A stretch of DNA of 64,000 bases from Eledone cirrhosa (lineage: Eukaryota), in assembly GCA_964016885.1 (NCBI GenBank), contig OZ024742.1:179304001-179368000 (forward strand), in the 5' to 3' direction. Below the pieces are notes generated by a model. The model was not told the DNA's origin, made no database searches, and worked only from the letters and a program-made list of their open reading frames with translations. Below, one piece after another: positions 1-12,000 of the stretch (position 1 is the first letter of the stretch; each line of letters opens with the position of its first letter). Made by a program: the position numbers and the translations under genes.

Positions 1-3000
1 TGTTTGTAGTGTTTGTAGTGGTTATAGTAGTTGTGGTGGCTCTGGTGACATTGGTGTTGGTGGTGATGGTGGTAGTGGTTGTAGTGGTTGTAGTGGTTGT
101 GGTGGATCTGGTGACAGTGGTGTTGGTGGTAGTGGTTGTAGTGCTTGTAATGGTTGTAGTGGTTGTGGTGGCTCTGGTGAAAATGGTGTTGGTGGTAGTG
201 GTTGTAGTGGTTGTAGTGGTTGTAGTGGTTGTAGTGGTTGTGGTGGTTGTGGTGACTCTGGTGACAGTGGTGTTGGTGGTAGTGGTTGTAGTGGTTGTAG
301 TGGTTGTAGTGGTTGTAGTGGTTGTAATGGTTGTAGTGTTTGTAGTAGATGTAGTGGTTGTAGTGGTTGTAGTGGTTGTGGTAGTTCTGGTGACAGTGGT
401 GTTGGTGGTACTGGTTGTAGTGGTTGTAGTGGTTGTAGTGGTTGTAGTGGTTGTGGTGGCTCTGGTGACAGCGGTGTTGGTGGTAGTGGTTGTAGTGGTT
501 GTAGTGGTTGTAGTGGTTGTGGTGGCTCTGGTGACAGGGGTGTTGGTGGTGATGGTGGTAGTGGTTGTAGTGGTTGTAGTGGTTGTGGTGGCTCTGGTGA
601 CAGGGTTGTTGGTGGGGATGGTGGTAGTGGTTGTAGTGGTTGTAGTGGTTGTGGTGGCTCTGGTGACAGGGGTGTTGGTGGTGGTAGTGGTTGTAGTGGT
701 TGTAGTGGTTTCGGTGGCTCTGGTGACAGGGGTGTTGGTGGTGATGGTGGTAGTGGTTGTAGTGGTTGTAGTGGTTGTGGTGGCTCTGGTGGCAGTGGTG
801 TTGGTTGTAGTGTTTGTAGTGGTTGTAGTGGTTGTAGTGGTTGTGGTGGATCTGTTGACAGTGGTGTTGGTGGTAGTGGTTGTAGTGGTTGTAGTGGTTG
901 TAGTGGTTGTAATGGTTGTAGTGGTTGTGGTGGCTCTGGTGACAATGGTGTTGGTGGTAGTAGTTGTAGTGGTTGTAGTGGTTGTAGTGGTTATAGTGGT
1001 TGTGGTGACAGTGGTGTTGGTGCTAGTGGTTGTAGTGGTTGTAGTGGTTGTAGTGGTTGTAGTGGTTGTGGTGGCTCTGGTGACAATAGTGTTGGTGGTA
1101 GTGGTTGTAGTGGTTGTAGTGGTTGTAGTGGTTGTAGTGGTTGTGGTGGTTGTGGGGGCTCTGGTGACAGGGGTGTTGGTGGTAGTGGTTGTAGTGGTTG
1201 TAGTGGTGGTAGTGGTTGTGGTGGCTCTGGTGACAGTGGTGTTGGTGGTAGTGGTTTGTAGTGGTTGTTGTGGTTGTAGTGGTTGTAATGGTTGTAGTGG
1301 CTGTAGTGGCTCTGGTGACAGCAGTGTTGGTGGTAGTGGTTGTAGTGGTTGTAGTGGTTGTGGTTGCTCTGGTGACAGTGGTGTTGGTGGTAGTGGTTTG
1401 TAGTGGTTGTTGTGGTTGTAGTGGTTGTAGTGGTTGTAGTGGTTGTAGTGGCTGTAGTGGCTCTGGTGACAGCAGTGTTGGTGGTAGTGGTTGTAGTGGT
1501 TGTAGTGGTTGTGGTTGCTCTGGTGACAGTGGTGTTGCTGGTAGTGGTTTGTAGTGGTTGTTGTGGTTGTAGTGGTTGTAGTGGTTGTAGTGGCTGTAGT
1601 GGTTCTGGTGACAGCAGTGTTGGTGGTAGTGGTTGTAGTGGTTGTAGTGGTTGTGGTGGCTCTGGTGACAGTGGTGTTGGTGGTAGTGGTTGTAGTGGTT
1701 GTAGTGGTTGTGGTGGCTCTGGTGACAGCAGTGTTGGTGGTAGTGGTTGTAGTGGTTGTAGTGGTTGTAGTGGTTGTAGTGGTTGTGGTGGCTCTGGTGA
1801 CAGGGGTGTTGGTGGTGATGGTGGTAGTGGTTGTAGTGGTTGTAGTGGTTGTAGTGGTTGTGGTGGTTGTGGTGGCTCTGGTGACAGGGGTGTTGGTGGT
1901 GATGGTGGTAGTGGTTGTAGTGGTTGTAGTGGTTGTGGTGGCTCTGGTGACAGGGGTGTTGGTGGTGATGGTGGTAGTGGTTGTAGTGGTTGTAGTGGTT
2001 GTCGTGGCTCTGGTGACAGGGGTGTTGGTGGTGATGGTGGTAGTGGTTGTAGTGGTTCTAGTGGTTGTAGTGGCTCTGGTGACAGGGGTGTTGGTGGTGA
2101 TGGTGGTAGTGGTTGTAGTGGTTGTAGTGGTTGTAGTGGTTGTAGTGGTTGTAGTGGTTGTGGTGGCTCTGGTGACAGTGGTGTTGGTGGTAGTGGTTGT
2201 AGTGGTTGTAGTGGTTGTAGTGTTTGTAGTGGTTGTGGTGGTTGTGGTGGCTCTGGTGACAGGGGTGTTGGTGGTAGTGGTTGTAGTGGTTGTAGTGGTG
2301 GTAGTGGTTGTAGTGGCTGTAGTGGCTCTGGTGACAGCAGTATTGGTGGTAGTGGTTGTAGTGGTTGTAGTGGTTGTGGTTGCTCTGGTGACAGTGGTGT
2401 TGGTGGTAGTGGTTTGTAGTGGTTGTTGTGGTTGTAGTGGTTGTAGTGGTTGTAGTGGCTGTAGTGGCTCTGGTGACAGCAGTGTTGGTGGTAGTGGTTG
2501 TAGTGGTTGTAGTGGTTGTAGTGGTTGTAGTGGTTGTAGTGGTTGTGGTTGCTCTGGTGACAGTGGTGTTGGTGGTAGTGGTTGTAGTGGTTGTAGTGGT
2601 TGTGGTGGCTCTGGTGGCAGTGGTGTTGGTTGTAGAGTTTGTAGGGGTTGTAGTGGTTGTAGTGGTTGTGTTGGCTCTGGTGACAGTGGTGTTGGTGGTA
2701 GTGGTTGTAGTGATTGTAGTGTTTGTAGTGGTTGTAGTGGTTGTGGTGGTTGTGGTGGCTCTGGTGACAGTGGTGTTGGTGGTGATGGTGGTTGTGGTTG
2801 TAGTGGTTGTAGTGGTTGTGCTGGATCTGGTGACAGTGGTGTTGGTGGTAGTGGTTGTAGTGTTTGTAGTGGTTGTAGTGGTTGTAGTGGTTGAGGTGGC
2901 TCTGGTGACAGTGGTGTTGGTGGTAGTGGTTGTAGTGGTTGTAGTGGTTGTAGTGGTTGTAGTGGTTGTAGTGGTTTTAGTGTTTGTGGTGTCTCTGGTG

Positions 3001-6000
3001 ACAGTGATGTTGGTGGTATTAGTTTGTAGTGGTTGTTGTGGTTGTAGTGGTTGTAGTGGTTGTAGTGGTTGTAGTGGTTTTAGTGTTTGTGGTGTCTCTG
3101 GTGACAGTGGTGTTGGTGGTAATGCTTGTAGTGGTTGTAGTGGTTGTAGTGGTTGTGGTGGCTCTTGTGACAGTGATGTGGGTGGTAGTGGATGTAGTGG
3201 TTGTAGTTGTTGAGGTGGTTTTAGTGGTTGTGGTGGCTCTGGTGACAGTGGTGTTGGTGGTAGTGGTTGTAGTGGATGTGGTGGCGCTGGTGACAGTGGT
3301 GTTGGTGGTAGTGTTTGTAGTGGTTGTAGTGGTTGTAGTGGTTGTAGTGGTTGTGGTGGCTCTGGTGACAGTGGTGTTGGTGGTAGTGATTGTAGGGGTT
3401 GTAGAGGCTGTAGTGGCTGTAGTGGTTGTAGTGGTTGTAGTAGTTGTAGTGATTGTTATGGCACTGGTGACAGTGGTGTTGGTGGTAGTGGTTCTAGTGG
3501 TTGTTGTGGTTGTAGTGATTGTGGTGGCTCTGGTGACAGTGGTGTTGGTGGTAGTGGTTGTAGTGGTTATAGTGGTTGTAGAGGTTGTGGTGGCTCTGGT
3601 GACAGTGGTGTTGGTGGTAGTGGTTGTAGTGGTTGTAGTGGTTGTCGTGGTTATGGTGGCTCTGGTGACAATGGTGTTGGTGGTAGTGGTTGTAGTGGTT
3701 GTAGTGGTTGTAGTGGTTGTACTGGTTGTGGTGGATCTTGTGACAGTGGTGTTGGTGGTAGTGTTTTGTAGTGGTTGTAGTCGTTGTAGAGGTTGTGGGG
3801 GCTCTGGTGACAGTGGTGTTGGTGGTAGTGGTTGTAGTGTTTGTAGTGGTTGTAGTGGTTGTCGTGGCTCTGGTGACAGTGGTGTTGGTGGTAGTGGTAG
3901 TAGTGGTTGTAGTGGTTGTAGTGGTTGTAGTGGTTGTAGTGGTTGTGGTGGATATTGTGACAGTGGTGTTGGTGGTAGTGTTTTGTAGTGGTTGTAGTGG
4001 TTGTAGTGGTTGTGGTAGTTCTGATGACAGCGGTGTTGGTGGTACTGGTTGTAGTGTTTGTAGTGGTTGTAGTGGTTGTGGTGGCACTGGTGACAGCGGT
4101 GTTGGTGGTAGTGGTTGTAGTGGTTGTAGTGGTTGTAGTGGTTGTGGTGGCTCTCGTGTCAGTGGTGTTGGTGGTAGTGGTTGTAGTGGTTGTAATGGTT
4201 GTAGTGGTTGTGGTGGCTCTGGTGGCAGTGGTGTTGGTTGTAGTGTTTGTAGGGGTTGTAGTGGTTGTAGTGGTTGTGGTGGCTCTGGTGACAGTGGTGT
4301 TAGTGGTAGTGGTTGTAGTGGTTGTAGTGGTTGTAGTGGTTGTGGTGGTTGTGGTGGTTGTGGTGGCTCTGGTGACAGTGGTGTTGGTGGTACTGGTTGT
4401 AGTGTTTGTAGTGTTTGCAGTTTTTGTAGCGGTTGTGATGGCTCTGGTGACAGTGGTGTTGGCGGTAGTGGTTGTAGTGGTTGTAGTGGTTGTAGTGGTT
4501 GTAGTGGTTGTAGTGGTTGTAGTGGTTGTGGTGGCTCCGGTGACAGTGGTGTTGGTGGTAGTGGTTGTAGTGGTTGTAGTAGTTGTTGTGGCTCTGGTGA
4601 CAGTGGTGTTGGTTGTAGTGGTTGTAGTGGTTGTAGTGGTTGAGGTGGCTCTGGTGACAGTGGTGTTGGTGGTAGTGGTTGTAGTGGTTGTAATGATTGT
4701 AGTGGTTGAAGTGGTTGTAGTGGTTGTGGTGTTTGTAGTGGTTGTGGTGGCTCTGGTGACAGTGGTGTTGGTGGTAGTGGTTGTAGTGGTTGTAGTAGTT
4801 GTAATAGTTGTAGTGGTTGTAGTGGTTGTAATGGTTGTAGTGGTTGTGGTGGCTCTGGTGACAGTGGTGTTGGTGGTAGTGGTTGTAGTGGTTGTAGAGA
4901 TTGTAGTGGTTGTAGTGGTTGTAGTGGTTGTGGTGGTTGTGGTCGCTCTGGTGACAGTGGTGTTGGTGGTAGTGGTTGTAGTGGTTGTAGTGATTGTAGT
5001 GGTTGTAGTGGTTGTAGTGATTGTAGTGGTTGTAGTGGTTGTAGTGGTTGTGGTGGTTGTGGTGGCTCTGGTGACAGTGGTGTTGGTGGTAGTGGTTGTA
5101 GTGGTTGTAGTGGTTGTAGTGGTTGTGGTGGCTCTGGTGACAGTGGTGTTGGTGGTAGTGGTTGTAGTGGTTGTAGAGGTTGTAGTGGTTGTGGTGGCTC
5201 TGGTGACAGTGGTGTTGGTGGTAGTGGTAGTAGTTGTTCTAGTGGTTGTAGTGGTTGTAGTGGTTGTAGTGGTTGTGGTGGATCTTGTGACAGTGGTGTT
5301 GGTGGTAGTGTTTTGTAGTGGTTGCAGTGGTTGTAGTCGTTGTAGTGTCTGTGGTGGCTCTGGTGGTAGTGGTTGTAGTGGTTGTAGTGGTTGTAGTGGT
5401 TGTAGTGGTTGAGGTGGCTCTGGTGACAGTGGTGTTGGTGGTAGTGGTTGTAGTCGTTGTAGTGGTTGTAATGGTTGTAGTGGTTCTGGTGGCTCTGGTG
5501 ACAGTGGTGTTCGTGGTAGTGGTTGAAGTGGTTGTAGTGGTTGTAGTGGTTCTAGTGGATGTAGTGGTTGTGGTGGCTCTGGCGACAGTGGTAGTGGTTG
5601 TAGTGGTTGTAGTGGTTGTAGTGGTTGTGGTGGCTCTGGTGACAGTGGTGCTGGTGGTAGTGGTTGTAGTGGTTGTGGTGGCTCTGCTGACAGTGGTGCT
5701 GGTGGTAGTGGTTGTAGTGGTTGTTGTGGCTCTGGTGACAGCAGTGTTGGTGGTCGTGGTTGTAGTGGTTGTAGTGGTTCTAGTGGTTGCAGTGGTTGTG
5801 GTGGCTCTGGCGACAGTGGTGTTGGTGGTAGTGGTTGTAGTGGTTGTAGTGGTTGTAGTGGTTGTAGTGTTTGTGGTGTCTCTGGTGACAGTGGTGTTGG
5901 TGGTAGTGCTTGTAGTGGTTGTAGTGGTTGTGGTGGCTCTGGTGTCAGTGATGTTGGTGGTAGTGGTTGTAGTGGTTGTAGTGGTTGTAATGTTTGTAGT

Positions 6001-9000
6001 GGTTATTCTAGTTGTGGTGACTCTGGTGACATTGGTGTTGGTGGTGATGGTGGTAGTGGTTGTAGTGGTTGTGGTGGCTCTGGTTACAGTGGTGTTGGTG
6101 GTAGTGGTTTTAGTGGTTGTAGTGGTTGTAGTGTTTGTAGTGGTTATAGTAGTTGTGGTGACTCTGGTGACATTGGTGTTGGTGGTGATGGTGGTAGTGG
6201 TTGTCGTGGTTGTAGTGGTTGTGGTGGATCTGATGACAGTGGTGTTGATGGTAGTGGTTGTAGTGGTTGTGGTGGCTCTGGTGACAATGGTGTTGGTGGT
6301 AGTAGTTGTAGTGGTTGTGTTGGTTGTGGTGGCTCTGGTGACAGTGGTGTTCGTGGTAGTGGTTGTAGTGGTTGTAGTGGTGGTAGTGGTTGTGTTGGCT
6401 CTGGTGACAGTGGTGTTCGTGGTAGTAGTTGTAGTGGTTGTGGTGGCTCTGGTGACAATGGTGTTGGTGGTAGTAGTTGTAGTGGTTGTAGTGGTTGTAG
6501 TGTCTGTGGTGGCTCTGGTGACAGTGGTGTTCGTGGTAGTGGTTGTAGTGGTTGTAGTGGTTGAGGTGTCTCTGGTGACAGTGGTGTTGGTGGTAGTGGT
6601 TGTAGTGGTTGTAGTGGTTGTAGTGGTTGTAGTGGTTGTAGTGGTTGTGGTGGCTCTGGTGACAGTGGTGTTGGTGGTAGTGGTTGTAGTGGTTGTAGTG
6701 GTTGTGGTGGTTGTAGTGGTTGTGTTTGCTCTGGTGACAGTGGTGTTGGTGGTAGTGGTTGTAGTGGTTGTAGTGTTTGTAGTGGTTGTAGTGGTTTTAG
6801 TGTTTGTGGTGTCTCTGGTGACAGTGGTGTTGGTGGTAGTGCTTGTAGTGGTTCTAGTGGTTGTGGTGGCTCTGGTGACAGTGGTGTTGGTGGTAGTGGT
6901 TGTAGTGGTTGTAGTGGTTGTGGTGGTTGTAGTGGTTGTGTTTGCTCTGGTGACAGTGGTGTTGGTGGTAGTGGTTGTAGTGGTTGTAGTGTTTGTAGTG
7001 GTTGTAGTGGTTTTAGTGTTTGTGGTGTCTCTGGTGACAGTGGTGTTGGTGGTAGTGCTTGTAGTGGTTCTAGTGGTTGTGGTGGCTCTGGTGACAGTGG
7101 TGTTGGTGGTAGTGGTTGTAGTGGTTGTAGTGGTTGTGGTGGCTCTGGTTACAGTGGTGTTGGTGGTAGTGGTTGTAGTGGTTGTAGTGGTTGTAGTGGT
7201 TATAGTAGTTGTGGTGGCTCTGGTGACATTGGTGTTGGTGGTAGTGGTTGTAGTGCTTGTAATGGTGGTAGTGGTTGTGGAGGCTCAGGTGAAAATAGTG
7301 TTGGTGGTAGTGGTTGTAGTGGTTGTGTTGGTTGTGGTGGCTCTGGTGACAGTGGTGTTGGTGGTAGTGGTTGTAGTGGTTGTAGTGGTTGTAATGGTTG
7401 TAGTGTTTGTAGTAGTTGTAGTGGTTGTAGTGGTTGTGGTGGCACTAGTGACAGCGGTGTTGGTGGTAGTGGTTGTAGGGGTTGTAGTGGTTGTAGTGGT
7501 TGTGGTGGCTCTGGTGACAGCGGTGTTGGTGGTAGTGGTTGTAGTGGTTGTAGTGGTTGTAGTGGTTGTGGTGGCTCTCGTGACAGTGGTGTTGGTGGTA
7601 GTGGTTGTAGTGGTTGTAGTGGTTGTAGTGGTTGTGGTGGCTCTGGTGATAGTGGTGTTGGTGGTAGTGGTTGTAGTGGTTGTAGTGGTTGTAGTGGTTG
7701 TGGTGGCTCTCGTGACAGTGGTGTTGGTGGTAGTGGTTGTAGTGGTTGTAGTGGTTGTAGTGGTTGTGGTGGCTCTGGTGGCAGTGGTGTTGGTGGTAGT
7801 GGTTGTAGGGGTTGTAGTGGTTGTAGTGGTTGTGGTGGCTCTGGTGACAGTGGTGTTGGTGGTAGTGGTTGCAGTGGTTGTAGTGGTTGTAGTAGTTGTG
7901 GTGGTTCTGGTGGTTGTGTTGGCTCTGGTGACAGTGGTGTTGGTGGGACTGGTTGTAGTGGTTGTAGTGGTTGTAGTGGTTGTAGTGGTTGTGGTGGCTC
8001 TGGTGACAGTGGTGTTGGTTGTAGTGGTTGTAGTGGTTGTAGTGGTTGTAGTGGTTGTTGTGGCTCTGGTGACAGTGGTGTTGGTTGTAGTGGTTGTAGT
8101 GGTTGTAGTTGTTGAGGTGGCTCTGGTGACAGTGGTGTTGGTCATAGTGGTTGTAGTGGTTGTAGTGGTTGTAATGGTTGTAGTGGTTGTGGTGGCTCTG
8201 GTGACAGTGGTGTTGGTGGTAGTGGTTGTAGTGGTTGTAGTGGTTGTAGTGGTTGTAGTGGTTGTGGTGGATCTGATGACAGTGGTGTTGATGGTAGTGG
8301 TTGTAATGGTTGTAGTGATTGTAGTGGTTGTAGTGGTTGTAGTGGTTGTGGTGGTTGTGGTGGCTCTGGTGACAGTGGTGTTGGTGGTAGTGGTTGTAGT
8401 GGTTGTGGTGGCTCTGGTGACAATGGTGTTGGTGGTAGTAGTTGTAGTGGTTGTGTTGGTTGTGGTGGCTCTGGTGACAGTGGTGTTCGTGGTAGTGGTT
8501 GTAGTGGTTGTAGTGGTGGTAGTGGTTGTGTTGGCTCTGGTGACAGTGGTGTTCGTGGTAGTAGTTGTAGTGGTTGTGGTGGCTCTGGTGACAATGGTGT
8601 TGGTGGTAGTAGTTGTAGTGGTTGTAGTGGTTGTAGTGTCTGTGGTGGCTCTGGTGACAGTGGTGTTCGTGGTAGTGGTTGTAGTGGTTGTAGTGGTTGA
8701 GGTGTCTCTGGTGACAGTGGTGTTGGTGGTAGTGGTTGTAGTGGTTGTAGTGGTTGTAGTGGTTGTAGTGGTTGTAGTGGTTGTGGTGGCTCTGGTGACA
8801 GTGGTGTTGGTGGTAGTGGTTGTAGTGGTTGTAGTGGTTGTGGTGGTTGTAGTGGTTGTGTTTGCTCTGGTGACAGTGGTGTTGGTGGTAGTGGTTGTAG
8901 TGGTTGTAGTGTTTGTAGTGGTTGTAGTGGTTTTAGTGTTTGTGGTGTCTCTGGTGACAGTGGTGTTGGTGGTAGTGCTTGTAGTGGTTCTAGTGGTTGT

Positions 9001-12000
9001 GGTGGCTCTGGTGACAGTGGTGTTGGTGGTAGTGGTTGTAGTGGTTGTAGTGGTTGTGGTGGCTCTGGTCACAGTGGTGTTGGTGGTAGTGGTTGTAGTG
9101 GTTGTAGTGGTTGTAGTGGTTATAGTAGTTGTGGTGGCTCTGGTGACATTGGTGTTGGTGGTAGTGGTTGTAGTGCTTGTAATGGTGGTAGTGGTTGTGG
9201 AGGCTCAGGTGAAAATAGTGTTGGTGGTAGTGGTTGTAGTGGTTGTGTTGGTTGTGGTGGCTCTGGTGACAGTGGTGTTGGTGGTAGTGGTTGTAGTGGT
9301 TGTAGTGGTTGTAATGGTTGTAGTGTTTGTAGTAGTTGTAGTGGTTGTAGTGGTTGTGGTGGCACTAGTGACAGCGGTGTTGGTGGTAGTGGTTGTAGTG
9401 GTTGTAGTGGTTGTAGTGGTTGTGGTGGCTCTGGTGGCAGTGGTGTTGGTGGTAGTGGTTGTAGGGGTTGTAGTGGTTGTAGTGGTTGTGGTGGCTCTGG
9501 TGACAGTGGTGTTGGTGGTAGTGGTTGTAGTGGTTGTAGTGGTTGTAGTGGTTGTGGTGGCTCTCGTGACAGTGGTGTTGGTGGTAGTGGTTGTAGTGGT
9601 TGTAGTGGTTGTAGTGGTTGTGGTGGCTCTGGTGATAGTGGTGTTGGTGGTAGTGGTTGTAGTGGTTGTAGTGGTTGTAGTGGTTGTGGTGGCTCTCGTG
9701 ACAGTGGTGTTGGTGGTAGTGGTTGTAGTGGTTGTAGTGGTTGTAGTGGTTGTGGTGGCTCTGGTGGCAGTGGTGTTGGTGGTAGTGGTTGTAGGGGTTG
9801 TAGTGGTTGTAGTAGTTGTGGTGGCTCTGGTGACAGTGGTGTTGGTGGTAGTGGTTGTAGTGGTTGTAGTGGTTGTAGTAGTTGTGGTGGTTCTGGTGGT
9901 TGTGTTGGCTCTGGTGACAGTGGTGTTGGTGGGACTGGTTGTAGTGGTTGTAGTGGTTGTAGTGGTTGTAGTGGTTGTGGTGGCTCTGGTGACAGTGGTG
10001 TTGGTTGTAGTGGTTGTAGTGGTTGTAGTGGTTGTAGTGGTTGTTGTGGCTCTGGTGACAGTGGTGTTGGTTGTAGTGGTTGTAGTGGTTGTAGTTGTTG
10101 AGGTGGCTCTGGTGACAGTGGTGTTGGTCATAGTGGTTGTAGTGGTTGTAGTGGTTGTAATGGTTGTAGTGGTTGTGGTGGCTCTGGTGACAGTGGTGTT
10201 GGTGGTAGTGGTTGTAGTGGTTGTAGTGGTTGTAGTGGTTGTAGTGGTTGTGGTGGATCTGATGACAGTGGTGTTGATGGTAGTGGTTGTAATGGTTGTA
10301 GTGATTGTAGTGGTTGTAGTGGTTGTAGTGGTTGTGGTGGTTGTGGTGGTTCTGGTGACAGTGGTGTTGGTGGTAGTGGTTGTAGTGGTTGTGGTGGCTC
10401 TGGTGACAATGGTGTTGGTGGTAGTAGTTGTAGTGGTTGGGTTGGTTGTGGTGGCTCTGGTGACAGTGGTGTTCGTGGTAGTGGTTGTAGTGGTTGTAGT
10501 GGTGGTAGTGGTTGTGTTGGCTCTGGTGACAGTGGTGTTCGTGGTAGTAGTTGTAGTGGTTGTGGTGGCTCTGGTGACAATGGTGTTGGTGGTAGTAGTT
10601 GTAGTGGTTGTAGTGGTTGTAGTGTCTGTGGTGGCTCTGGTGACAGTGGTGTTCGTGGTAGTGGTTGTAGTGGTTGTAGTGGTTGAGGTGTCTCTGGTGA
10701 CAGTGGTGTTGGTGGTAGTGGTTGTAGTGGTTGTAGTGGTTGTAGTGGTTGTAGTGGTTTTAGTGTTTGTGGTGTCTCTGGTGACAGTGGTGTTGGTGGT
10801 AGTGCTTGTAGTGGTTCTAGTGGTTGTGGTGGCTCTGGTGACAGTGGTGTTGGTGGTAGTGGTTGTAGTGGTTGTAGTGGTTGTGGTGGCTCTGGTTACA
10901 GTGGTGTTGGTGGTAGTGGTTGTAGTGGTTGTAGTGGTTATAGTAGTTGTGGTGGCTCTGGTGACATTGGTGTTGGTGGTAGTGGTTGTAGTGCTTGTAA
11001 TGGTGGTAGTGGTTGTGGAGGCTCAGGTGAAAATAGTGTTGGTGGTAGTGGTTGTAGTGGTTGTGTTGGTTGTGGTGGCTCTGGTGACAGTGGTGTTGGT
11101 GGTAGTGGTTGTAGTGGTTGTAGTGGTTGTAATGGTTGTAGTGTTTGTAGTAGTTGTAGTGGTTGTAGTGGTTGTGGTGGCACTAGTGACAGCGGTGTTG
11201 GTGGTAGTGGTTGTAGTGGTTGTAGTGGTTGTAGTGGTTGTGGTGGCTCTGGTGGCAGTGGTGTTGGTGGTAGTGGTTGTAGGGGTTGTAGTGGTTGTAG
11301 TGGTTGTGGTGGCTCTGGTGACAGTGGTGTTGGTGGTAGTGGTTGTAGTGGTTGTAGTGGTTGTAGTGGTTGTGGTGGCTCTCGTGACAGTGGTGTTGGT
11401 GGTAGTGGTTGTAGTGGTTGTAGTGGTTGTAGTGGTTGTGGTGGCTCTGGTGATAGTGGTGTTGGTGGTAGTGGTTGTAGTGGTTGTAGTGGTTGTAGTG
11501 GTTGTGGTGGCTCTCGTGACAGTGGTGTTGGTGGTAGTGGTTGTAGTGGTTGTAGTGGTTGTAGTGGTTGTGGTGGCTCTGGTGGCAGTGGTGTTGGTGG
11601 TAGTGGTTGTAGGGGTTGTAGTGGTTGTAGTGGTTGTGGTGGCTCTGGTGACAGTGGTGTTGGTGGTAGTGGTTGTAGTGGTTGTAGTGGTTGTAGTAGT
11701 TGTGGTGGTTCTGGTGGTTGTGTTGGCTCTGGTGACAGTAGTGTTGGTGGGACTGGTTGTAGTGGTTGTAGTGGTTGTAGTGGTTGTAGTGGTTGTGGTG
11801 GCTCTGGTGACAGTGGTGTTTGTTGTAGTGGTTGTAGTGGTTGTAGTGGTTGTTGTGGCTCTGGTGACAGTGGTGTTGGTTGTAGTGGTTGTAGTGGTTG
11901 TAGTTGTTGAGGTGGCTCTGGTGACAGTGGTGTTGGTCATAGTGGTTGTAGTGGTTGTAGTGGTTGTAATGGTTGTAGTGGTTGTGGTGGCTCTGGTGAC